From Peribolospora baueri (taxonomy: Eukaryota), in NCBI GenBank assembly GCA_029717555.1, contig JAMDHS010000022.1, positions 124,001 to 188,000 on the forward strand: a DNA stretch of 64,000 nucleotides. The letters are read 5' to 3'. Position 1 is the first letter of the stretch; every line of letters starts with the position of its first letter. Below, in pieces: positions 10,946 to 23,138 of the stretch. A program made the position numbers and the translations under genes. The notes beneath the pieces are model-generated. The model worked only from the letters and a program-made list of their open reading frames with translations, had not been told where the DNA came from and made no database searches.

Positions 10946-13900
10946 CTATGTCGTCCGAGGCCGAGACGTGGATGAGGACATCATGGCATCCGTACGACAG
11001 AGCGGGCAGAGACGACCGCGTGAGAGGTGACTATGGGCGCAGGTATCGTGGAAGCTAACGGGTTGAAAAGGAGACAGGTCAGTACCCGGCAATCCCACGA
11101 CCATGACTCCAACAAAGAGAATTTGGGAGAACCTCACATGTGCCCACAGCCTAGAATGCAGCCCCATTGCCCCTTGCCTCTTTTTCCTTCAGAGAAGCTC
11201 CCCATCGACCCTTCCTGACTGGGCAGCAAAACCGCGGGCCTGAACTGGCCGAGGCAGATGCCACACTTATCGACGCGCACGCCAACGACGCTGAGCTTCT
11301 GCTTCACTTTGCCCTCCTTGTCTATCCGCCTTCGGTCGCACATTACCGGGGCGATCGGAAGGCGGGATAGCTCGTCCGGGCTTAGATGCCCAGAATGAGG
11401 GTTTGCCGGGCCGAGCACTTCGGCTAGAGTGACCAGCTCCTGCGTGCATCCAAGAAAGAACATGGGAAAAAGAGCAGAGGTGTCAATGGATCTACCGCAA
11501 GCAGAAAGAGCCTCAGACGTAAGAACGCTTAAAGACTCGTACATCATAATGATCCCCCTCTCCCTCCAACCTGCTCAGCAAGACGTCCAGCTCTGTGTAC
11601 GTGAACGAACTTTCTGGCGAGTGCGGTCGACGTTGCTGTAATCCGACATTACATCGCTGCTCTTCCGCACACGCTTCTTGGGAAACGAATGGCGCCGCTA
11701 AGGGCTCCCTCATTGGTGTCGAAGTCGAAAGTTCGTCCCGGCCGGATATACCACCAACATCCTCCACAGGAGGCAAAGAAAGAGGTGCAGGAGCCGACCT
11801 CCCTTCGGGCTGACCGCTACCCATGCTCACGCGCGCAGGAGAGGAGGTCGGTCGTGCGGGGGGACGGTCCTCAGAGGGCGGCGTGAGAGGAGATATAGCC
11901 GATGGAGTGTCATTGTCCATTAGTCCATCTCGGTCGTCCGCAGGCCGCCGGACACTAGGCACGACATTCCTGGCAACAACCAGATCTTCAAGTTGAGCTG
12001 CCTGTTCCGAGGGTGTTGATCGGACAGACTGGCGCAGCTTTGCAGGCGGCACAGGTGGCAGAGACCGTGATGCCTGAGGCGCTGGAGAGCAGCGAGTCTC
12101 GACGACCGGGGACGAATTTGAGGGCGCGTTGTTTACGGCAAAAGGTCTCTTTGGGACAGGAGGAGCAACCATCGGATGACGTTGAAGAGACGCGGAACCT
12201 TCAGGTCGTTGACAATCGTCCACATCGGGACCTGTAGAAGTCAACCCAAATTGACCGCTGCTTGCCTGAGACGGTGGCGGGGGAGTGCCGCTCGCACCGG
12301 CGTTGACATGATTCGGCTGAGCTGGCAATGCCAGTCCACCTAAACGAAAGTTCGAAGGTAGCGGGCCATTTGCAGGTCTGCTGAGAGTGGGAGAGACGAA
12401 GCTAGGTGAAAGAACAGAGGTGGCGCTTGCGGTGGTGCCAGGAAGTGGAGCTATTCTCGTTAAATCGGCACCGCCGCCCACCACGTCCATGCTTGCCAGA
12501 CTCGGATTGGGTGCGGTGGTCGAATGGCCCATGGAGCCCGCACCTGCGTGTACTCCATCGGCCCCAGACGGATTGGGAGGCAACGGCGGGGACGCCCCAT
12601 CTGCCGGCAGGCCCGTCCCCATTCCTGTACGCGCCAAGAGGGCGTCCATGGCTCGACTCCTCGCAGACAAGGAGATGTGCCGATCGAGGCCACCCATGGA
12701 AGGCGATGCGGAAGGCGGATCGACCCAGTGAATGGTTGAAGAAGGGAAGTGGGCTTGCCCACCTCTTTGTCCGGCACTGGTGCGACCCCGCGAGGGAGGC
12801 GGAGGAGGCGGCCGACGATGCTGATAAGACGATGATGAGCTTGTCGACGAAACAGAAGGCGGAAGTGTGCCTTGCATCTGTGATTCGAACATCGCTGCCA
12901 TTGCTTGCACCCTTCCAGCCGCCGCCCTTCTCGGAGAGCGCCCTTCGTGGACCTCGAAACTAGCTCGCTCAGATGCTGGTGGGGGCATTTTGGTGGGCTC
13001 AAGTGGAGGTGGCAACGCCAACCGCTCTGATGGCGGGATGTAAGCAAGTATGGACGGTGTGGTCGTCGTCCCCGGCCCAGAACCTGCGTTAGGGCCGATG
13101 GCACGTACCGGTCGGGCAGGCAATGAGGGCCGCAACGTGCTCCGCATGTCAGCAACAGAGCTCGTCGGGCGGCTAGGGACGTCAGAGGACGAGGAGGCAT
13201 GCACCGAGGTCATCGGCAGCTGTCGCGCTCTCGGCGCAAACTCAGAAATGGAGGCAGTGGCTGTTGCAAAGCTTGAAGCTCGACCACTGTTGCTCGGCTC
13301 CGCCGCGATGTCCTCATCCTCGATCTCACCCGCGTCAACAGCTTTGGCCTTGCCCTTGTCGAGCAGAGACCGTGCTTCCTGGACCCCGGCTTCTGGCTCG
13401 GTAAGACTCGTCGACCCGTCCTGCCGCACCTGCGACAGTGGAGCATCTGTGCTAGCCATCTCTGATGTCGACGGAGCAGAAAGCCTGGACAGTCTTCTCT
13501 CCAAAGCGTCCAGCCCACTTCTCTGCTTAGATCTGCTCAAACCGTCCGCCTTTGCCTCAACCTCTGCTTCGGGATTCGCTTCTGGCTGCCCATCCCCCCT
13601 CTCCTCCTCCTCAGGTATTGCATCACCGCCCTCCCGCTCAAGTTCTCCACTGCTCCAGACCTTCTCCATCTGCCTTCGTATTTCCTCCTCAGCCTCGCGA
13701 ATGAGGTTGTCTCTGATCTCTTGTGCCCGTGCACGAGCTTGCGCGACGCGGGACATGTCAGGCCTCGGGCCGTCGACGAGAGGAAAGAAGGATGAGGTAG
13801 GGGAGAGAGTACGATTGGACCAGGAGGTCGAGGCGACAGGTTGTGGCAACTGCTGATGCTGTTGAGAGGACAATGAACTCTCGTCCGAACTCTTGCTCTC

Positions 13901-16900
13901 GGTCTCTGTCGGCAATTTTATCGTCGAATGCCGGCGGGTAGCGACGTCCAAAACTGCGGTCGAACGTGTGTGGACTCCAGGCCTTTCCACCTTCTCGGCG
14001 ATGGAATCATGAGAGGCAAGTTCGAAATGAGGGAGCGCCATCGCTGCCCTCGTCGGCATTCTCTCTTGATCTCGCCGTACCGCCTCCGCGAGCCTTTCAT
14101 CGAGGCTCTTCCTGACCGGATCCACGCCGAGCTGCAAAGAAGGTCTGAGCCACGACCTTCCTTCCCTCTTCCTCTCCCGTTCCTCTCTCCGCCAGGAAGT
14201 AGCCTCTTCATCATCCAAAGGAGAGTCCTCGCCGGCAACCCTATACCGCATCGCGGTGGTCGCACTACTATAGGCCTCAGAGGAGGTTGTGCTCTCCTCG
14301 TCGCTCTCCACACTGTCGCTACTCGAGCTTTCAACGAGAGATCCTTCTCTCGCCCTCGTCCTCACGGCCTTGGTTCCGACTCGCGCCGCCGAAATGGTCG
14401 CTTCTGCAGCTTCCATCGAAGCCCTCCGTGCATGTCGGTACTCGAGCGCCTTCTCGGCTCGCCTCTGTCCACTCGTCGGCCCGTCCACGTTCTCGTCCGA
14501 GTCGTCCGCTGCGCCACCTACGTGCGCTAGCAAAGCCGGCGGTGCGCGGGGAACCTCTGAGAGCCGGGAATCCCTCTCGAAGGAAGGAAGAGATACGGCC
14601 ACACTACCTCTGCCCGAATCGACGACGGCTTGCGTCGCTAACCGCGTGGACATCGACGAGGTCACAGAGGAATCCGCCCTGCGCCGCGGAGGTGCTGAGA
14701 CAAGGTACCCTCCACCAGGAAGAGGCGGCAAGTTGGCCCACAGCCTTGAACGCCGAACGGCGGCAGCTGTGGCGTCGTCTCGAAACCTGTTCGGGTCGAC
14801 GGCGGCAGGGAAGGATACCAAGGTTGCATCGTCGCCTGCTCGCCCAGGTGGGAATGTTGAAGGCGTGGTGGGGACACGTTCCGGACGAAAATTAGATGGC
14901 AGAGGTGCCGCTGTAGGCTCGGCGCCAATGACTTCTGTGGCCTCGGCATCAGCAGACTGATGAACCGGATACCGTACCTCGACGGGTGTCACGCGAGACT
15001 GCCCGTGAAGCTCACCAGCCGGATCCCGATCCACGTTGGCGACCGTCGTTTCCCGCACACCACTTTCCATCACTGCCCCCAGCCCAGGTACCACTCCCTC
15101 CTCTTCACTCTCCCTCTCCTCTCGGATTTGCTCTCCACCCCCATTCCCGGCTCCGTGAACATCCGCGCGCGTAGCAATCCCAACCACCGCATTTCTATTT
15201 TCCTCTTCATGCCTCTTCCTAGCCTCCCTTCTCATCTCCTCCCTCCTCAATCTCTCCTCCCACTGTAAGCCCATCATGATGTCCTCCTCCCAAGCCCTCC
15301 TCTCCGGCGCCATATCGGCCAATTTGGGGCTATCAGAGCCTTCGGAGACGGAAGAGGTGATTGACTCTACCTCTGCGTCTGTGCTTGGCACAAATTGGGC
15401 ATCCGCATTGCCTGCGCTGGCAGCGTGTGGAAAGGAAGAGGGCGAAGCATGCTGATGAGGGACAGGGGGCTCGGGACGTGAAGCTGGTGCCGACGCTGAT
15501 CCTGCAGCTCCCGGTGGTGCCGGTGAAGTGGGCGAGGGAGGAGCGGACATGAATGGCGGCGGAGGAGAAGAAGGAAGGGGTACAGAGACAGGCGGCACCG
15601 ACCTATCCCCACCCTCTGCCATATCTGTATGATGGTTATCGCCCTCGAGATACCCAGGGGCCCTTCCTCCCGCTTGCGCCATGTGATCGGCATCATCGTC
15701 CCCACTTCGCACTCCACTCGCAGGGGCATCGTCCGCCTCGGGAGCCGAACTTCCCACAGGAAACGGCGGCGGTATGTCCACCTCCTGCTCGTATATCCTA
15801 TCCAGCTCCGCCTCCCACGCTGAAATCTCATCCCACACGTTTCGACGACGCATCGACGCTGCTCGTGGACTGATGGTGGGATGTGCGGAGCGAAGGTGAG
15901 AGTGAGAGAGGTAATGAGGGCTGCTCAGGTGGGCATTGGCGTTTTCGTCTCCGTTGTCGTCGTTAGGGTCGACCGAAGTCGCAGTTGTTCCTCTAGAGGT
16001 GCTCGCTTGGGGAATGAGATGGGAAGAGGCTGGAGGAAGAGAAGATGAAGACCGAGACTGCCTTGGGCCGTTTAAGGGCGCACTGGTCATGGGAGGAGCG
16101 ACGGCATCCGCATTGGTGGACGAACTGGTGTTCTGGGACGCAGGCTGCGATGCGGTAGCCATCCTTCCACTCCCAGAAATTGTGATTGTCGTGAATGTTG
16201 ACGACCTTGGCGTCCTCGCCGCCGGTTCGGATACCGCGATACCGCCGGCCCCGCTTCCACTCAAGTTCCCGAGCGAGCCGGCGCTATGTATTCTCAGAAC
16301 CCCCGGACGCGAACTTGTCATATATGACGGCGGTGGAGTGCTTTGATCTTGCCTTTGTCCTCCTCCAAACGGAGAGGAGGAAGCAGAGGCGGGAAGAAGC
16401 AGTCCAGACGCAGAGGCGGGCCGCTGCACGCCGGGCCAGAGCGCAGGTCTCCGGAAGACGTCCATCTCATCTGTTTCGCTGTCTGGTCCTCCTCGACTTG
16501 CACTGTTGTTGCTCGGACCCGTAACGATGCCTCCTCCCGCCTGCGCGGAGACAGTAGCAGCAGAAGGCGGAGCAGAGGCACCGAGGTTCCCCACGGCCGC
16601 TGTGACGGCCACGGGCGCCGTCGCCCCGGGCTTCCGTCGCTTCTTCTTCTTTTTCTTCGGTCTGTCCATATTGGGGGGCCTGGTGAGAGTGACGCGACCA
16701 TGGTGGTACTCAGCCTGGGAAAGACGAGGAGCGTCCGCTGCAGAGGCAGGGCGCTGCGAAGATTGAGGGGAGGCAAAGGTCGATGACGAATATGCTGGGT
16801 GAGGGTGCACGGAGTGTGAGGGAGAATGCGTTGCTGAGCCACGGGACGACCCGAACGCGGACCCTCCCGAGAAGACGCCCGAGCCACCTAAGGCATTGTA

Positions 16901-17212
16901 CATAGATGATCCCCCACCTCCACTGCCGCTCCCTTTCCCTGATCCTCCTCCGCCGACGGAGTAAAAGCTCGGACTTGGGCGGCCAGTGGGGTAAATTGCG
17001 GCGGACGGTTCGCTTGTCCTAGAGGCGAGGGTGGAGCTGCTGCCTTCCGCAAGGTTGTACAAGCAAGCGTGGGTGCCCACGCTTGTGGATGGGCTCAAAG
17101 GTGGCGCAGTCCAACTTGGCGCAGTTGTGGGCGGTGGTCGTGAAGAGGACGAAGCTGAGGAGGGAGGGGGGTTGAAGTAGGCATAGTCCTTGGCGGCGGT
17201 TCGGCGAGGCAT
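10946..17212 (-). CDS. Very large (~2000 aa) low-complexity protein with C-terminal RING-H2, probable E3 ubiquitin ligase; exons 17212-11543, 11439-11138, 11054-10946
   Basis: The 1899-aa ORF splices to YD|ELVTLAEVLGPA (YEELL-like), then DKCGICLGQF..LGCGH|IFHDTCAHSHL..LCPLCR, a complete C3H2C3 pattern. Basic tract PKKKKKKRRKP near the N-terminus. Confidence 0.88.
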
Positions 17213-17777
17213 GGAGCATAGGGAAGTCAGAGGACCGCCGCTCGGAAACTCACAGAGGCCGAGCTAGTGGTCGGATTCGGATACGTGGACGCAGGCATGT
17301 GCAGCTTGAAGGGTATGGGTCAGACTCGGACTCGGGAGGGAGGAGGGGAGGTGACCTGCGAGCCGTATATCGACGAAGTCGTGTGTGCGATCATCGTGCA
17401 TTCGTTGGCACGTGACCGGTCTTCAATATGAAAGCGGGACGCTGATAGAGGGCGGCCTGGCTGGCGGCGGTCGGACGATGATGACGGCCAAGAAGCAGAT
17501 CTTTAGACCTTCGTTTTGTGCAACAGAAGGACTTTGATCGAATCGATGCCTTCCAGGAGAAGGCGGTGTTTGGAATCGTCGTACCCACCAATCCCGTTCG
17601 AGCGCAATACGATCGCCGCTCAGGTCTGGTGACACCGGAACGATGCTCACTCAGCGTCGGCCTAATTGCTGGCGTGACATTCAGGAGAAGTTCGTACGGG
17701 CGACCTTCACTACCCAGAGCGTCGTTCTCGAGATATCTTTGGACCAGAGCTTCAAGGGTTGCAGCAGTTTGGTTGCC

Positions 17778-19633
17778 ATGGGCAAAGTGAGTCAGAGATT
17801 CCTTGGAACGGCTGTGCAAGGATCATTGTGCCTGACGGTGGACTACTCCTTCCCGTTCATATCGGCGGGTGAGCAGTGGAGCGAATATTGCGCTGTCAGT
17901 GATTTCAGAGAACTCCGCCTTCCTTTTGCACTGATACCGACAGTGGTCGCTACTTGGGTCTCCGTGTTTCTCACAACACTTTCTTCTTCCGCCTTTGTAT
18001 CACAGGTTTGTGGCATCTATCCAGAGGCCGAGTTCAGCCTCGCCCTTGACCTCCTCAGGCTTTCCAACCCCATCAGGGCTGCTCAGCTTGAGAAGCAAGA
18101 TCTCGATCCATACCAGCCTCCCGTGGAACTGGATGCCTACCTCCCCAGAAATGGAGAAGACCGTTCTTCACCGACTTGGAGTCCCGTGCCAGCTCGGGAC
18201 GTGCGCGAGTTTCACAAGAATCTCTGTGCGGTGGGAAGATGGGATCCGGAAACGGGGTACATGATCGACCTGATGGATGGTGTTCGCACGCCACCCCCTC
18301 CACCTTGGGCCTCCTCACGCCCAAGCCCTACGGAACACATGCTAATCCGACACCTCAAGCCGGACCCTACCGACTTTCTCACAGGTGCTTTAGTGCACCA
18401 AAGCGGGAAGAAGGCCCTTTCCTTTCCTGCAACGGATGGAGAGGAAGGCAGAGAGGACGGCAGAGAGGTACCGTGGAAGAAGGTAGCCATCAGCAGTGGG
18501 TTCGGGTGTCACCTCTTACACCAACAATGCTGGGATCTTCTCCATGCTGCTGTGGTGCGGGAGTATGCGACGGGTATGCCAAGGAAGCGCATGACTCCGA
18601 GGGCGTTTTATCTCACCTGCCGGGTGGATAGGCATGTGCGCATGCCACGCTTCCTCGGCGCGATGTCACCAATTCCTTGGGTGGATTATGGTCCCGCAGG
18701 GCTCATGCAGCAGAGGCTCTTCGAAGCGCTGCACCCCATTCACCAAGCCCAGATGGATGGAGATGCGGACACCCGAGCATTCGTCATTCGCTTGAAAGCA
18801 AGGCTGAGGCAGAACAGGTTTGAGGAGGATGTGAAGCGTGAGCTGTGGGAAAGGGGACAATTTTGGGTATTTGCAAAGCCTGACAAGTGAGTGGATTGCT
18901 CCGAATTAATGTCTCCCCTCTTAACTGCGAACCGCAACCTGAGAGTTACCGACTGAGCCATGTCGCTGGCTGTCTTTCCATTTGCAGATTTCCCATCGCT
19001 GAAGCGTTCCGCCGCGCTGGAGAGCTCTACCCTCCCGCCTTCGCCACTACCACCGATACCAACTCCACTGCACCCTCCTCCCAAGCTTCCACCTCCAAAG
19101 CTGGCCGTCTTAAACAAGAGCAGGAACATGGAAACGAACAGCACCAGCGAAACGTCCCTAACCTTCACAACCTCTCATCCAACGTTCTCGAGCAGATCGC
19201 ACACTACTTGCCCGACTCTCAAAATATTCTCTCTCTTTCCTCTGTGTCACGACAGATACGCTCCAGCTTGCAGAGTCAGCTGGACAGCTATGTAGAGGAA
19301 GAAGTGAGGAGCAGGAAGAGGTGGGTGGTGCCATTGACGAAGGCTGAAAAGCGTCAATGGGACGTGGAGGTGGAGACGATCAGGAAGGAGATGGAGGGAG
19401 GTAACATGTCAACTGAGAGGCCTGAGGTGGCTCAGCACGATAATACGGTGCAGTCGCCGGCGGGCGAAAAGGGCCCTCAATCTCAGCATCGTGAAGGGTA
19501 CTTCCCCTGGTATGCGTACCTTCGAATCGCAGAGTCCACCGATTGCTGGAGCATGAGGAACCGAAAGCGGATCTTCAGTGTCATCGAGCAACTGGGCAAC
19601 GCTGCGAAGCAGGATTTCCTTTTGGACAAATGA
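17778..19633 (+). CDS. Uncharacterised fungal protein with F-box-like motif; predicted exons 17778-17786, 17877-17894, 18006-18886, 18988-19633
   Basis: Splicing gives N-terminus MGK|WSEYCA|VCGIYP, internal HQQCW, KPDK|FP, F-box-like LHNLSSNVLEQIAHYLPDSQNILSLSSVSRQIR, and C-terminal WYAYLR..SMRNRKRIF. The start exon is inferred. Confidence 0.72.
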
Positions 19634-19752
19634 GGTCCACTGGCACAAGATGTAATTTCCGCGCACGAACGAGCAGCAGTGATCATGTGTCGGCGACGTG
19701 CCGTGCCTTTGCGTGGGTCTTCCGTTGTATATTCCCTCTCGTCTATCATGTC

Positions 19753-22475
19753 CTACTCATCCTCCTCGTTTACATCCTCCCTCGAGAAGAATTGGATGTC
19801 CTCTTCATCCTCCGCGGTGTCTTTGTGCGCTGCGCCTCCTGGGTTCTCCTCGTCGTCTCCTCGCCGTCGTGGAGGCACGTACGCCTCGTGCCACCGATCG
19901 TTCTCCGGTCGGCCGACGACGTGCCAGAAGAGTCGCTCGGCCAAAACAGCGGCGTGATCGCTGATCTGGGTAAGGCCTGCGCCAGTCGTACCACTCGAGG
20001 GTGGCCGAGCGGCTGAGGAAATCCGTGCAGGTGCAGAAGGAGGCGGTGGAAACGGGACGGTGAGGATACCTCCCTGCCTTCGAGGGGAGAGATATTCGTC
20101 TAGGCTCTGCGATGTGCCGTGCTGCGACTGGCGGTAGAAAAGCTCGAACAGGGGCTCGGGAATGTCTCCGAACCCAGCCGTGCCTGCGCCCGCACCCGCG
20201 GACGAAGAAGGAGACTTTGCTGCAACAGCGAGCAATGTGTTCAGGATGGGGCGCAAGATGTCTTCGGCGCTTGAACCAGAACGCGGCGCAAAGGTCGTGA
20301 GGTAGAGGACGTCTGCAGAGAGAAGTAATGCGATAATGATCAATACATTCCAAGTCAACAGCTTGTGCCCCTTCAGGTAGGAACCTGACCACTTAACGAG
20401 GCAAACGATTACTCACACTGGTCCTTCGGACAACTGAACGTCCCCTCGCCCATCATCAAGGCACTGACGGCCCTCTCATTTCTGCCCACCGTACCCGGTG
20501 GGAAAAGGAAGAGACCCGTCTCTGGCGGCAAAGGAGCTTGAGATCCATCTTGCTTCTCAGAATCGCTGTCTCCGCCTCCCTCTGCATAAGAGCCATTCGA
20601 CGCAGGGGTAGGACGACTGGAGGTGAGAGGAATCGGCCGGTCCAACACGATGATGGCGCGGACGAGGTCGACGGCGCTCCCGTCTTCAACCTCTTTGGCC
20701 ATAGGCACGCCCGGCGCCTCGTCGGTTGGAAGGAGCTCTCGCAACAGATCAGTGCTTCCGATGACCCAAGGAGTCGTCACCTTCTGCTCGATGCCGTCGA
20801 TGGTGAGAGTGTATGAACGTTTCTCGTCCTGCCCTTCTGGCGTCGCCTCTCCAGACTCAGTCGTAGGGGACGCTGAGAGCGAAGTGATACGATGGTTGAG
20901 AATATACGTCCCACCGAAGACCGCACAGGTCCTTCACGGATTTAGGCGGAGGCGTACGAAGCAGGTTCGCGCAAGACAGTCAGTCAACGGTGACAGTCAT
21001 GACAGTTGAGAAAGTCGGGGCACTGACCTGCAGAAACCTTGGGCGACCTCCCCCGCGCCGCCGTATTGGCCGACGAGATAGGCCGAGTTACCGTACCTTC
21101 CGACGGAGGTGAGGTGGGTTTGAACTCGCGGGAGGGCTTGAGCAGTGGGCTCTGCAACGACGAAACACGCAGGGAGAAAGACAGAGAGACGGGACAGCAT
21201 CGGATCATTGATTAAAGGGCAATATCAGGAGAGAATGAGAGCAGATGTTCAATATACCTACCGTCGCCGTCGAAGCAGTGAGCGATCGCAAACGCGATGG
21301 CGTCGGCCAATTTGCCCTCGAGCTGGAACTTGTCCGCTAGGAAGGTCTTGAATGGTTTCTGCTCATTCCCTGTCGACGAACCGTAGTTGCCAGGGGTAGA
21401 TGGGACTTCAGGTCAGGACTGGTCCCACAACGCCTCGTGGAGTCTAGCCCAAGCAAGCAGAGAGAGCGCGACCAGGCGGCGTCCATCACGCACCCAACTT
21501 ACCTTGCAAAAGATCGTCCCACTCCCCTTTACCAGCCCATATCAAAAACTTCATCAACCGCCTCTTCTCAACCAAGCTCAGTTCGCTGCTCTTGAAAACG
21601 TCCTCTTTGCTTGCCGGCACTTTTCTCAAACTGCCCCCGCCACCACTGGCCGCTTCTTCGCGCCCGTTCTCGACGTCGGCGTCGGTGGATGGGGACCAGA
21701 CTGCTGCGCCGTCGAGGAGACGGAAGGTGGAGTAGCGAGCCACACCGGAGGCAATCATCACGTCGATGAGGGGCCCTATGGAGGCGAGGAGAGTGGGAGC
21801 GAGAGAGAGGGAATAGTGACGAGAAAGACGTTGGAGTTCGGGTGGGATGGACGCCGAGCCGGGCGCGTTCGTCTGAGCCTGACCGACCTCCGCTCCTCCT
21901 TCCACCTTGACCTCTGCCTCTGCCGCTGCCGCTGCCGTTACCGCTCCAGCGTTAGACTTGGCGTTGGAGGACGGGAAGAACCGATACGAAATGTCCGCGA
22001 TCCCGTCCCTTCTCCGCTCATCGTCTCCAGCCGTGCGCTGGCCATCGCCCTCCCCCGACTGAGCAGTGCTGCCTCCGTCCTCGCCTCCGCCCCCGCCAGC
22101 AGCGGAGGCCCAGCGGACGAGCTCCTCAAGCGTGAGGCTAGCCCACTGGGAGCCATAATAGTCGTTCGGGTCGAGGTGGAGGACCGAGCGAGAGGCTTTG
22201 GCGAGGGCGCTAAACGGACGGACGGGGCGAGACGACACGAAGGAAGGGAAGAGGACGCTGGAGTCAACGGTTCCGCTCAGCAGTTATACCGGGCCCGAAC
22301 AGGCGGAGGACAAGACAAGACAAGACGGTCGGACCGGCCGGCCTGGCGGGGGGGATCGAGGAGGCAGTGAAAGAAGCGGTGACGGATCGACTCACCCGGC
22401 GAGGATGGACTCGGTGAGGCCGGTGCCGATGATGACGGCGTCGTAGTGCGTCTGCTCGAGCTGCTGGGCCGACAT
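19753..22475 (-). CDS. MRS6: Rab escort protein (Rab geranylgeranyltransferase component A, GDI/REP family), 6 exons
   Basis: Motifs THYDAVIIGTGLTESILA, VLHLDPNDYYGSQWASL, RKVPASKEDVFKSSELSLVEKRRLMKFL and SVGRYGNSAYLVGQYGGAGEVAQGFCR|TCAVFGGTYIL. The long insert after SCR1 and the acidic tail indicate REP rather than GDI. Confidence 0.92.
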
Positions 22476-23138
22476 GCTGGGCAGGCTCGTCGACGAGTAC
22501 CGCTCGAGGTGCGTTGGGTCCAAGCTCCGAAGTCGGGTGTGACTTATCCTCTTAAAAAGTCCGAAGAGGGGGAATGGAGAAGGAATAGACTATCTGATCG
22601 TCAAGTCGCTCGTTGTCGCTTCGGACGCTGCGCGTGATCACCATCGACCATCGATCGCACTTCGAATTTCGGGTCTCTTACGACTCCATCACACGCACAC
22701 ACGGCAGAAGCGGGACAACAACGCCGAAAGAAGCGTCACTAAGACCCTGGAATTTAATTCGAGCCAAGGCAGATAAAGAAATGTTCGTTCGGACACTCGG
22801 TCTTAATTGCTCCGGCCGGGACGGTGCTCGGGTACTTCGCTGCGACGACTACTGGGAGAAGAGTGCGGACTGGAGAGGTTCGAGGCAGGGCTCGACGGTG
22901 TAGGTGAGTTGGGTGGGATGTCAGCGGGCGGGCGGAAAGGGATGATAGAGTTTCCGTGACGCTACAGGAACGAGGGTAGGTGGACGGTGGAAGAGGGGCA
23001 GACTAGGAAGAGGGGATAGACCGATGGTAACGAGGGGCGGTGCCGATCGGGTCATGAAAGACCACGCCGTGAAAGGAGATGAGAAAGCAACGCAATGGGT
23101 GCGTGCTGTTTTCTCTACATGTGCAATGTACACAGACA

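Noticed and set aside
17391..17790. Small ORFs in the RING/F-box divergent region (e.g. 17518-17790)
   Set aside because: No homology cues or consistent splice path. An upstream exon cannot be fully excluded.
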